DNA of 62,184 bases from Saprolegnia diclina VS20. Lineage: Eukaryota. Position 1 is the first letter of the stretch. Each line of letters begins with the position of its first letter. The translations under genes were made by a program, and so were the position numbers. Under the pieces are notes generated by a model. It did not search any database and was not told the DNA's origin. It worked only from the letters and a program-made list of their open reading frames with translations. Of this stretch, positions 12,520 to 23,712 are shown piece by piece. The stretch lies in NCBI RefSeq assembly GCF_000281045.1, contig NW_008246130.1:33748-95931 (forward strand). Reading direction: 5' to 3'.

Positions 12520-14281
12520 ATGCAGCGGTTCCCGAGCCCGATGAAGGTCGAGCCCAAGGCAACGCCGTCGCTCGAGGATGGCGACGTCGAGCACTTCTCC
12601 GTCGGCGCCTTCCAGCGCGCCATCACCGAGAACGACCTCGAGATTGCGGTCAAGGAGCTCAACAAGTGCCATGGCAAGGCCGACGAGGTAGAGATGGCAT
12701 CGACAGGATGCGTGGCCGCTCATCGTACTCGCTTCGCTAGCTGGCGCGCGTCTACAATGGCATTGGCTCGGACGCCGACGTGAACCAGACGCCGCTTTTC
12801 CACATCTTGCATCCCAACGTCCGTCGCGGCGAGACGAGCGATGCCAAGCAGCTGCTCGAGCACCCGAGCATGCGCAAGGTCGTCTTGATGAAGTGGAAGG
12901 TACTCGCTCCATCATCCTTGCATCTCCCACATCTTAGATGGGTCGTGCGTGCTAGAACTTTGGCCTCGCCAACTACATGGAGCAGCTCCTCCTCTACCTG
13001 CTCTTGCTCATGACGATGACGCTCTCGGTCATCATGGACCGCAACGTCGTTTCGCCCAAGTATGCGCTGCAGCTGCTCATTTGGCTCAACATTGCGACGG
13101 CGATTGGCGTCACGCTCGTCATGCTGCATCTCTTCCGGTACACGAAGCGGATCCTCTGGGCCGTCATGACGGCGGCCGTTCTTGGCGGCGCCCTCGCATT
13201 TCTCAACCTCTTTATGGGCCTTCTCCAGCGCTCGATCCCGTGGTGCTACTTTGTGTGGGCCAACAACCTCGTGCTCGGTGCTATGGGCGTGTACTTCCTG
13301 CGCTTTGAACTCCACGAGATGTTTGCCGAGGTCGCTTCGCACAACCGCCGGTCGGGCCTCGACACCCCGTGGCTCCTCTCGCACCCGCGTGTCGATCGCG
13401 CGCTCTACTACTGCATCTACTGCCCGATCGCGATCGTCATGCAGTTTGTGAGCATGCTCCTCGGCGCAAACGAAGCCAAGTACTTTGACTCGCACTTCAA
13501 CAAGGTCCAACTGCCCACGTTCATGCTCCTGCTCGTGTATGTGCTGCACGAGTGCTTTGCGCCCACCTCGGACCACTTTCGACTCGTGGTTGGGACGGTC
13601 CTCACGCTACTGCTCTGGGTCCTCGGCCTCCAGTACCTCGAAGTGCATGCGACCGCCGGGTATTTGATCCCCATGATGCGCAACATGCTCGGTGACGTCT
13701 TCAACTTTCTCGCGCTGTACCTGCCGTTCCAGTGCGCATATGCGTGTGCCTACTACGCCCTCTTCCAGGGCTCGGCCGCCGCCCACATGTACGACTCGGT
13801 CGTCAAGAGCTCCGTCACCACGTACCTCGTCATGCTCGGCGAGATCGACTTGGAGCCGTTCGAGACGCTAGAAGACACGACGCAATATGTGGTCGGGTAT
13901 GTCTTGCTCTTGAGTCACGCCACCATTGTGATCGTCATGTTGCTGAACGTGCTCATTGCCATGATGGCCAAGACCGTCGACGGCGGTCTCGATTCCGCCA
14001 AGCTCGAGGCGCTCGTGAGCTTCGCCGAGTGTGTTCTCCGGAGTGAAATGACCCAAGGCCTTCGCGTGGTTTCCGCCAACGACGACTCGGACGCCGCCCT
14101 CCTCTTGCAAGAAGAGAGCTCGGATATGGCATCCGACGAGCCCGAGTTTTGCCTCGATGGACCGTCTGCGGCCGAAAGCCTCACCGATTTGAAGAAGGAC
14201 ATGGCGGTGATGCAAGCCAAGATGAACGAGATGCTCGCGCTACTGCATACGATGCAAGCTCGCCAGACCACGTACCGCTAA
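12520..14281 (+). CDS. TRP-like cation channel paralog 5, 3 exons
   Basis: MQRFPSP...ELNKC; LLEHPSMRKVVLMKWK; NFGLANYMEQ into the 434-aa ORF; pore VMLGEIDLE; S6 MLLNVLIAMM. Confidence 0.85.
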
Positions 14282-14588
14282 GAAGTGATTTTGTAGCCTT
14301 TTGCTCACTAGAATGGACGCGTTGCTTTGCGTATACTAGCCAATAGCACCTGGCCAAGGGTTGTCGGACTCTGGTGCATTCGGGGTTGCCTGCCATCGTC
14401 GTTGAACCTCTGACGACGGCAATACCCCATCGACCGTCGGTGTGTGGGCACTGTTCCGCGCATGTTCTCCAAACGAAACGGTCGCTTAAAGAGTACCAAT
14501 ATCGCTCCCTGTGCACCACGGAAATCGCAACACACATACTGCATAAGCGAATATCTTGTGGCTCCGGTTGTAGCAACCCGTTCTGGGA

Positions 14589-17042
14589 TTACTGTGAGGT
14601 CTCGAGCTTGGAGAGCACAGTTGCCGTCTGCTGCTTGAGGATCTTTCGAATCGTAATCGCGACTTCCTTGCCGGTAAACTCGCCGTCTTCTTCGAAGGCG
14701 TCTTGGCACGCAAAGTAAATGTCGTTCATGAGCTCCTTGAAGACGTCGGTGGTCGCGGCCGCCGCTTTCGCCCGCGCGTCGTCGGCGCGCTCTTCCGCTG
14801 CGCGCAATTGAGCTTCCAGCGCCGCGTGCTTCTTGCGGCTGTCGTCACCGGCCGCCACGAGTTCGTTCAAATGCTGCATGGCCTCGGCCGCGTCCCGGTT
14901 GTGGCTCTCGCGCTCGGCTTGCATTTGCGTGCGCGTGCGCTCGGCCGCTTCCGTGGCGGCGGCGGCCGCTTCCTGCAGCTGCGCTTCGCGACTCGCTTTG
15001 GCCTCTTCGATCGATGCCAGGCGCGCGAGCAGTGCTTGCTTTTCGTCGGCCCACTTTTTCTGGGACGCCATAGCGACGCTCCGCGCCTCTTCTAGCTGGC
15101 GCTCGTGCAATGCCGCGTCGGCCGACGTTTGAGATTGTGTCTGCATCGCGCGCGTGAGGTGCTGCACTTGGTCGTCGGCCGCGAGGCGGCGGTTGCGCTC
15201 GTCGTCGGCGCGGGCAAGTGCGCGCGACAGGTCTGCTTCGACCTGCGCGCTGCGCTGCTTGGCGTGGTCGAGCGCCGCTTGGAGGTTCTGGAGCTCGGAC
15301 GAGATGCGGGCTTGCGACGACGACTGCTGCTGCATGCGCTGGTTGTCATTGTGCGCGCGGTCGAGGTCGTCCTGGAGTTGGTTTGAGCGGTACGTCACGT
15401 CTTGCAGCTGCTGAGAGAGCGCGCTGATTTCATGCTGGTATTCTTCGTTCTGGCTCAGGACCTTCTCCATGCTCTTGAGCAGCGACGTGTTGCCGTACGA
15501 CGACGACGACGATGACGTGTCGCGCCGGTAATAGCTTGATGTCGTGGATGGCGACGCCCGGTGCGCCAAGAGACGGTCCATCTTGGACTGCAAATCGAGA
15601 AGCATGCCTTCCATCGACAGCGTAGTTCGCGCCACCCGCTGGATGCTCGCATCGAGCTCGGCGCTGTTGGCGGCCACCGGCGCCGCTGCATACGGAGGCG
15701 TGAACGGCGGCGTGGACGCATATGTGGCCGTTGTCGGCGTGTACACGGGTGCTGGCGCCGGCGTAAACGACGAGAGGAACGGCGTCGGTTCAAAAAACGC
15801 CGACGACGGCGGCGCGTGCATCGAGAGCGGCGCGTACATGGTCGACGCCCGCACGACCGGGTCCGACGTCGGTTGCCGCGGCGGCGTCACGGGCGACGAC
15901 CGGACGGGCGCCGGTGCCGGGGCTGGCGTCGGTGCCGGCTGTCGGGCCGCGTCTTCCCACTCTTGACGCATTTTAGCCAAGGCGGCTTGCTCCTTAAGCA
16001 AGGTTTCCTTCTCGCGCATGAGTGCGTCGAGTTGCGGGCTCGGCGTCGATGTCGGTGTCGGTGTTGGTGTCATTGTCGGTGTGCGCAGAGGCACCGGTGT
16101 CGGAGCGGCCTCTGGCGGTGCCATGGCCAGAACCAGTGGCGTCTGGACGCGCGACGACGGTTCGGCCGATGGCGTCGGTGCATCCAACGAGCTACGGCGC
16201 GAAATCGGCGCGACGGACGAGCTCAGTTGCGGGAGGAGCACCGCGCCTTGGCTGCTGCCCATACGTGAGAGGAGCGCCATGCGGTTCACGAGGTCACCGT
16301 GGCGCTCGTCCGTGGGCTCTGCGACAGGCGCCGCGGTCGGCTCGGACGGCGGCGTCACGTGGCCTCTCTTCTCCTTTTTGATTTTCAGCAGTTCGATGTG
16401 CGCGAGGATTAGCGTCTTGGGCGACGTCGACATGGGGAGGTAAATGAAGCGTCGTCCGCCCTTTTGCATGCCAACAAGCGCTTTCGAGAGGCCGGGGATG
16501 CTCTCGGTGCTCGTGTCGCCAAGGCGCAGTTTCTGGAGCTCGGTCACCGGCGCATGGACGATCGGCGTCGACGAAAGCAAGTCGGCGGGGCTCGCGTCGG
16601 CGCTTGTTGTCTGCCATGCGTCGATCGCGATGCCCACAATGTCGCCCATCTGCACGCCGTAGCCGTCGCCAACGACAACGTCTTCGAACGGCAGCGACGG
16701 GTCCAAGAACGAGAGGTGCGCCTTGATGGCCGCGATGGCCGTCACAAAGGCGTGCACGGCGGCGTCGTCCTTGAAGCGCATCGAGTAGTTGGTGCTATCG
16801 TCGTAAAAGCTAACATAGTGGTCTTGCTGGACCGTAAATTTGGCGTGGACGTCCGTAAGTGGCGTCGAGAGCACCTCGTCCCGCGCCGCGTTGTAGCAGA
16901 GGAGGCGGTAGGCCATCGCCGGCGACGCCAAGAGCGCGACGCCCAGCGGCGACTCGCTTAGCGGCTTGTGCGCCTGCGTCGCTGCGTCAAAGGCGAACGC
17001 GTAGACCGACCCGCTGTACACGAGCGCCTCGTTGTCGGCCAT
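14589..17042 (-). CDS. FKBP15-like protein (PH-like N-domain, degenerate FKBP domain, Pro-rich linker, coiled coil), intronless paralog
   Basis: YVSFYDD..NYSMRFKD (FKBP15 N-domain); IPGLSKALVGMQKGGRRFIYLP (FKBP); C-terminal FKELMNDIYF...KILKQ shared with the 54.5-57.1 kb paralog. Confidence 0.75.
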   Translation of the reverse strand: MADNEALVYSGSVYAFAFDAATQAHKPLSESPLGVALLASPAMAYRLLCYNAARDEVLSTPLTDVHAKFTVQQDHYVSFYDDSTNYSMRFKDDAAVHAFVTAIAAIKAHLSFLDPSLPFEDVVVGDGYGVQMGDIVGIAIDAWQTTSADASPADLLSSTPIVHAPVTELQKLRLGDTSTESIPGLSKALVGMQKGGRRFIYLPMSTSPKTLILAHIELLKIKKEKRGHVTPPSEPTAAPVAEPTDERHGDLVNRMALLSRMGSSQGAVLLPQLSSSVAPISRRSSLDAPTPSAEPSSRVQTPLVLAMAPPEAAPTPVPLRTPTMTPTPTPTSTPSPQLDALMREKETLLKEQAALAKMRQEWEDAARQPAPTPAPAPAPVRSSPVTPPRQPTSDPVVRASTMYAPLSMHAPPSSAFFEPTPFLSSFTPAPAPVYTPTTATYASTPPFTPPYAAAPVAANSAELDASIQRVARTTLSMEGMLLDLQSKMDRLLAHRASPSTTSSYYRRDTSSSSSSYGNTSLLKSMEKVLSQNEEYQHEISALSQQLQDVTYRSNQLQDDLDRAHNDNQRMQQQSSSQARISSELQNLQAALDHAKQRSAQVEADLSRALARADDERNRRLAADDQVQHLTRAMQTQSQTSADAALHERQLEEARSVAMASQKKWADEKQALLARLASIEEAKASREAQLQEAAAAATEAAERTRTQMQAERESHNRDAAEAMQHLNELVAAGDDSRKKHAALEAQLRAAEERADDARAKAAAATTDVFKELMNDIYFACQDAFEEDGEFTGKEVAITIRKILKQQTATVLSKLETSQ

Positions 17043-17315
17043 GATCCGGAAAAATGGCGTTGCGGCAAGAACCCCCACGTCAGAACAAGCGGAGCTAGAA
17101 ACACGCAACTTGACCAACATCCGAGTTCGCGCCGCTGGAGTTCGCACCTCGCTCGGCGCACTCTCCACAAGTACTGTACATACTACCCTTGACTGTCTGT
17201 GTGATAGTGCCAATGAGGACCGTGCGACGAAGCACTGCCAACGACGACCATGTCACTCCCACGGGCAATTGGAGAGGAAGTCGCAAAAGATACTGTATAT
17301 TCCAGTGTATCTGGC

Positions 17316-18236
17316 TTACAGCGTCTTTTTGGTCGGCGCATGCAGTGGCGTAAACGTGTTGAGGAACGTATACCGCGAAAAGACGACAAAGAGCCGTCGA
17401 AACCACACAAATTGGCTCGTGTGCTTGGCCATCGCCGCATAGTTGACCCACGGCGCAACCGCGACGACCGCGGTACGCGACGGCGACGTCCAGATCGCGT
17501 CCAGAGGCCCAAGGTACTTGTGCCAGAGGCGGACGCTGTCGAGAGCATACGCATGCAGAGGCAGCGGCGACGTTGCTAGCGCATGCTTGACGCCGTTATG
17601 CACGGAAATGTGGTTCGGATGGCCCGACACGCCATAGTCGTCAAAGGTCACCATCTAGGACGCTCGTTCCGTACAGAGCGAAGAAAATAAGATGGGAGAT
17701 ACCGTGTCGATCTTGTGTTTGGCCACAAACGCGAGCGTCGCGGTCGCCACGTCCGCTGGCGTCCAGATCGATTTCATGCCATCCTATCGACATCCAAGGT
17801 TCGTGCGCATGTCGTGAGCCTGGTCGTAGTACCTGGAACCGAGCGTCTTCAAGGACGGTGAGCGTGGCCGCGTCCATTCCGAGCTCGTGCCAGCAAGCCG
17901 CGAGTTCCTTGGTGCGGATCGCGCCGAGCCCATCGTAGTTGCCTGCATATTGCATGAGTCGCAAGCATCGCGTCGGATGAGCGTACCAGATGAGAGGCAG
18001 AGAAGGTGCCAGTGGACGTGCGGGCGCAGGCGAAGCAGGATCGGCACGAAGAACATGCTTTCGTCGTCCGGGTGGGCAATCACGAGGAGCACGTCGGGCC
18101 GCGACGCCGCCGCCTTGTCACTGTGCGCACGGTGCGCGAGGATGGTCTCCACAAAGCTATGGCTCTTCCACGACAGGTAGCGCAAGGCGACGGCCGCCGA
18201 GACGAGCGCGGCCAGCACCGCAGCAGCCCAGTCCAT
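17316..18236 (-). CDS. PIGL: N-acetylglucosaminyl-phosphatidylinositol de-N-acetylase, multi-exon
   Basis: N-terminal TM anchor; VIAHPDDESMFF; GLGAIRTKEL; VTFDDYGVSGHPNH; HTSQFVWFRRLF. Confidence 0.92.
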
Positions 18237-18497
18237 CTCGACCCCAAATCCCAAATGGCCCAAGGTGATTGGTCGACTGCCATCGTAATCATAATCATTC
18301 GCCAGCGTGCCGAAAATAGCAGAGCGGATTCGGCTCGGCTTCGTTGCAAGAAAGATGGCTCCTCCACACAGTCACCTGCAGCTTCACCTGCAGGCATGAG
18401 CGTTGCAGTCGGAGTCCTGCTGATTCTGCCACATCCGATTCGCACACGTCGACGCATCGACATGAGCGCGCGTCGACGTTTTTCTCTGCTGGCGTAG

Positions 18498-20102
18498 AAA
18501 TTTGGCTGGCACCTATTTTTCGGCATCTGCCGAACCCTGTTGGAGACAGACCAGATTGCAACAGATCGCAATCTTGTTCGAGTCGCGCGGATGGCGATCG
18601 CGAGTGCCAACGCCGCCGTGCAGCAGCTCTTGTTGAGCCACATGGGCCTCGGGCCCAAGTTCAACTATAGGTCGCTCTTTGGCCTGCCCGAGTTCGCGGC
18701 GCTCAAGTTCAAGCAGACGCTCCTCACGCATGCTTGCATTACGCGCAGCTCGCCCGTCGTCATGGACGTCCTCCTCTTCCTGTCGCACACCATGTCGGAG
18801 ATGCTCTTCCACGCTGAGCTGTGTCTACCCAAGCACCTTTTCGCGCTCGACCACTGGGCCAACCACTTGCGCCAGCAACAGCGCAGCCACCAGGTACGAT
18901 GTACGACCTTATCGTCGTTGCAGGCGGCTCAGTCGCCTCGTGTAGAGCACCATCTTTGTGTCGCTGCGCGACTACCCGCTCATTGCGCTCTTCAAAAGCG
19001 TCGGGCGCATCAGCGAGCTGGCAGCCGAAGTCACGCGCTTGGTGCTCGCAGAGCCTGATGCGCAGCGCGCCAGCGCTTGGGTCGACGAGGCAACCGACCT
19101 CTTTGCCACCACGGCGAGCACGTCCTGGCTCCAAGCCCAACTGCGGCAGCACATTGCCTTTCAGCAGCTTTTGCAGCAAACCGAGGCGCGGGACCAGCGC
19201 GCGGCGCCACCGGCGATGGCCAAGGCTGGCTACTGCGACAAGCGATCGTCCAAAGGCGCCGCCGGTCTCAATTGGCACAAGCGCTTCTTCGTGCTGGATG
19301 GCCATCATTTTTGCTACTTCAAGCACGACACCGACAAGATGGAAGCGTCGACCAACCCGTTCTTGGACAAGAAACCGCGCGGCAAGCTCGTCTTGGACCA
19401 AACCGTGAGCGTCCGGCCAGCCGTGCACGACTCGAGCACGCGTGCCAAGCAGCTCCAACGACAATACTGCATCGAAGTGCTCATCCGCGGTGTGCCGACG
19501 ATCCTCTTTGATGCGTGGACCAAGACAGACCAGGCCGAGTGGCTCGGTGCATTCGAAGCCAACATTCAGCGGACGACGTTCGACCCGATCTGGCTGCGCT
19601 TCCCGCGCCCTTGCGTGCTGGCGATGACGATCGCTCAGTTTCTGCGCTACACGATGATGTACCCCGATGGCTCATCGTCGACGGTATGTGTTGAACCTTC
19701 TCGATCGGAACCTGACGGCTCTTGTAGAACGACGACCAGAACGGACTCTACGTCTGGGACGCGCCGCGCGTGCGAAGCCTCCAGGCAGCCTACGACATTG
19801 ACGCCAACCGCATTCTGTACGCCGCGCTCGTGCACTGCGCCGTGCGGCACGAGTGGGATGCGCTGGAAGCGCTCACACGCCCCGGAAAGGTGGGGCCTCG
19901 CGGCCGATCACTACCTTCTAAGTGTGCATGGTCCGACTAGGTCAAACGGCTCTTTACGTCCCAGCCGCAATCGACGATCGGGTTTGGTGCCTTCTTGGAC
20001 GCTGCGCTCGAGTACAAGGCACCACCATCCGTGCTAGCGAGCTACGAAGCCGCGTACGCCAAGCAGACAAAGGGCTGGGTCTCCCAGCTCACGGACGCAT
20101 AA
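18498..20102 (+). CDS. VIPAS39/SPE-39 (Vps16B)-like protein with an internal PH domain, multi-exon; first exon uncertain (possible ATG 18355)
   Basis: K..LL..A...S.VV..VLLFL..T; LF..VGR..ELA; TEARD; then PH domain KAGYCDK...WHKRFFVL...EWLGAF; then RFPRPCVLAMTIAQFL, HEWDALEAL, IGFGAFL..A; TAA at 20102. Confidence 0.7.
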
Positions 20103-21250
20103 GAACAACATGAATAGAACTAGTGTACGAGGCCACGCCGTCCAAAAGCGCCTGGTGTTTGCTGTACACCTGTGTATAGCTCGAGCAGGATAGCAACGGC
20201 TGAAGGTATATAGTCCACCACAAGTTGTCTATTGGAGAGTGCAAAACGCAAGTTGTAGTTGGTGCTGTGGACGAGAGATCCAGTGCACAATGTTTACTGT
20301 ATTCCACCTATGCGAGTAACGGACTTTGCATTTTGACACAACCACTTTGCACTTGTTGTACTCTGCTCACCATTATTCTATCGTTGCTTCGACGGCTTGT
20401 GGAAGGACATGTTGGAGCGATTCGCAGTGTGAAAACCTCCTTCAAAGCCTGTCAATACTAGTATACCAGATCCGATAGATTGCGCGTTCCCCAGCGGGTT
20501 CGCACCAACAGGCGCCCGCCACAAACCGGAACATTGGCCAAAAGTGCCGAGGTGTAAACGCGGCTCTAAATATGGCAGCTATTATGGCAGTGCACATCAA
20601 CGGCAGTACATGCGCAGGCAGCGAATGCGTCTTGCTTGTCGCAGTGCCCACCTAGCTTCCATGAGCCGCGGTCTCCTGGATGAATCTCGCCTGCCTCGCA
20701 ATCGGGGAAGCCAGCAGCACTTCGTACCTCTTTCCTTTGATATCCTCGCATATCCTATCTCAAGATTGTGCACCGGCGTCGATCTGCTTGGTCATGCATT
20801 GTAGCCATCTTGCCAAGCAGACACGTTGCGTCCGACTGCACGAGCCATTTAGGGCGGTCGAAGTCTGGTTGCCAGCGTTTGTTGGAGCCACAAGCTGTAA
20901 ATTCGAAAACCACGTGCTCGTCCGCTATGTAGTTCTTCAACTGCTTATTCCTAGTCGGCACATGACATGTAGACAATGTTGGCAGTCTCGACGGCAGTGC
21001 ATTGGATGCCAAGTCGGGTCGGTGTCAACTGGGCGCGTGCAGCTCTAGCGCAGAACTGCCCTGGCCTCGCCGGCGTCGCAAAGACTCTTGCAACTCGATA
21101 ACCCATGCAAACCCATGCTCAATTTCTGTTATCCAATCAACGAGCCGGACTGTAGAGACACCTTTTTGGCCAATCAGGTGCGCGACCTTCGCCACTGTAT
21201 TCGGGTGTCTCAGACGCTAGCATCAACCAGAGGAGAGGCCCAGTGCGACG

Positions 21251-22626
21251 ATGGCCTCGTCCGAGAGCAAGAGCTTCTGCGAGTTCGGCTACATCATGGC
21301 CGCGCCGGGCGGGCCGTGCAACGCGACGTATGCGTCCTTGAGCCAAGACAACTACGATCTCTTCCGCATCGCGTGCCTGGTCTATGGCGTCATCATGCTC
21401 GCCTTCTGCCTCGCAAAGCTCCGCGCGATCAGCCGCGTCGGCGGCAAGTACCAGGTGCTGCAGCGGCCCCGCGGCGCCATGGCCTCATCTTCGTCGTCGT
21501 CATCCACGTCTGCGACCAACCAGCGCACCGCGGGCTCGGGGATCCAAAGGGTCACGTACTGGCTGCTCGTGCTGGCGTCGGTCACGTTCGTCGCGCGCGC
21601 GATCGACCCATGGGGCTACATGGGCATCCTCTCGTACGTGGCCGTGACCATGATCTCGGACACATGCACTGCATGCATCTACAGCGTATTGTACGCCTTT
21701 GTCGTGCTACAATACGATCTCATACCGCATCTTGTAGGATCCTCGCCGTGTCGCTCTGGGCCCGCGTCGTTGTCACGCCCAAGAACCTCGCCCACTTCGA
21801 GTACCCGATCCAGGCATTCCGAATCCTTGGCTTCATGTTCACGTGGGTCATCTTTGTTGGCATCGTACCCGTCTCCGTCTATTGCATCAGCAACGACGTC
21901 TACCACTCGGTGCACACGCTCATTCAGTTCTCGATGGCCCCGTTTCTGCTCTGGATCATTGCGTCCATGGGGCTTGTCTTTGGCATTCAGATCCATCGGC
22001 GTCTCAAGGAGATTCGAAGAGCCCAGGAGGCCACGCTCGAAGTCGCTCGGCGCCGCGTCGCCGCCCGCCAAGCGCTTCACGACCTCACCAAGCCGCCCGT
22101 CGTCAAGAGCGAGAGCCACGACGACACGGCGAGTACGCTGCCGATGGACTTGGACACGAAGGAAGGCATTGACGCCGCGTCCAAGCTCCCGGGCAAGTCG
22201 TCGCGCATCTTGAAGATGCTCTGCTTCCTCCAAGCCGTTTCGATCGTCGTGATTGGGCTCCAGGTACTTGCAGCATCAATTTGATCCTATGAACATGTCC
22301 TGAGCGTGGCCGTAGATCTATCAGCTCGTGCTTTTTGTCCAAGACCATTGCGTCATGCAAAAGGAATGGGACTGCGCAACCGGCAACGAATGCAAGATGC
22401 AGCTGCAGTTCCCGTACTTTCACGCAGCGCAGGTAACCTTGCTTTCCTTAGGATCGAACCCACAACGGGTGGTGGATAGATGGCTGGCATCATCGTCATT
22501 TTCTGGGCGTTTCGCAAGACGCGCCAGGAGACGCCGCCCCAACCGATGCTGTCGCCCGACTCGGTGCTCTTGGATATTGAGAACGGCGACCTCCAAACCC
22601 GCCACGTCCGGCACATGACCATCTAG
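21251..22626 (+). CDS. Seven-transmembrane protein (GPCR-like, possibly THH1/TOM1/GPR137-like), 4 exons
   Basis: About seven hydrophobic helices after splicing; IDPWG loop; long basic third intracellular loop; Cys-containing N-terminus and last extracellular loop. Confidence 0.65.
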
Positions 22627-22939
22627 CAGCTACACGTTATTTAAACCATCGATCGACTAAGTGTTATGAGCGTCGTCGTCCTGTTTTGTGTTTGCACGGG
22701 TAAAAGACCCTCAGTGCGGCTTCGTCGAAACTCAAATTTTCGATTTTTGAGGTTGCACTTGAGATTGCACTTGCCTTTGCCGTCAACACGACGCTGCTTG
22801 ACGCTCGGTCCGCCTCTTGCGAGCTATATTCCTACACCTTCCTGCATGCGTACTTACCACTAGTACGCGGCGCGCGTTGCCGCGGCTTTGGCAAGCGCGC
22901 AATATGATCCTGCTGGCCGCTGGTGATTTCGCCGCGTGT

Positions 22940-22947
22940 GATTGGTC
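22940..22947. promoter_or_regulatory. CCAAT box (GATTGGTC), representative instance
   Basis: About 60 bp upstream of ATG 23004; GATTGG/CCAAT also occurs upstream of genes at ~18268, 21171, 26981-27050, 33207, 36876-36970, 45321 and 60253. Confidence 0.45.
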
Positions 22948-23003
22948 AAAAATCGGGCCTGTTGTTGTGTGGAGCAGACGCCACTTCAAAACGTATTGAC
23001 GAG

Positions 23004-23271
23004 ATGACGCTGATCGGCGCGGTCTTCGGCGCGGCCATGGGCCTCAACACCAAGCTGCTCTCGAACGCGCTGCAGAAGGTCCCCTACATGCGCCGTACGT
23101 CTATATCGAAGAAGCTAGAGGCTCATCCTTTGTCTAGACCCGTGGGAACACGTCGCCTTCATCGGCATCGGCGCCTACGTCGGCCACATTGTCGCCGACA
23201 ACTACGAGACACAGGTCAACGACGTCGCGGCCCTCCGCACGATGCTCGGCAAGCCCGAAGAACGTCAATAA
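23004..23271 (+). CDS. Mitochondrial complex I accessory subunit B14.5b/NDUFC2-like, 2 exons
   Basis: Spliced product MTLIGAVFGAAMGLNTKLLSNALQKVPYMRHPWEHVAFIGIGAYVG; the SNAL.K.PYMRHPWEHV motif is typical of plant B14.5b. Confidence 0.8.
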
Positions 23272-23712
23272 ACAGCCTCGCACATGCTGCTTCTTGGATG
23301 TACAGATTTATGCTTTGGTCGCCTATCTCGTCGTGGCCAGCGCCCGCATGCAGTGGGCCATGCTAGCAACAATGGCGCCACAGCGGGCCCATCACGCCAT
23401 CTGCCGACGAGACTGGCACATGCTCGAGCCCTTGTGGGCCTGGCATACGGCGCATCGAGGTGGACGATCAGGCGAGATACAGGTCTACGCAGTTGGGCAT
23501 CAACACCGGTGCGAGCTGTCAGCGACATCCAGGTAAGCTGCCCATCATAGCATACTGGCGCCGTCGTGACGACCTCCGTCACCGTCAAGGCAGCCTGGTC
23601 AGAGGACCTGCGTCGATGCCAAGGATCCTATCTGATCGATTGCCCCATTTAGTATCAACACTAGGCTTGATATCTATATACATTAGATTAATGAGGGGTC
23701 GTCTATTAGCAT

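Noticed and set aside
17043..17213. N-terminal extensions of the ORF-track FKBP15-like ORFs (also 57140-57202)
   Set aside because: They begin at non-ATG codons; homology starts at the downstream ATGs
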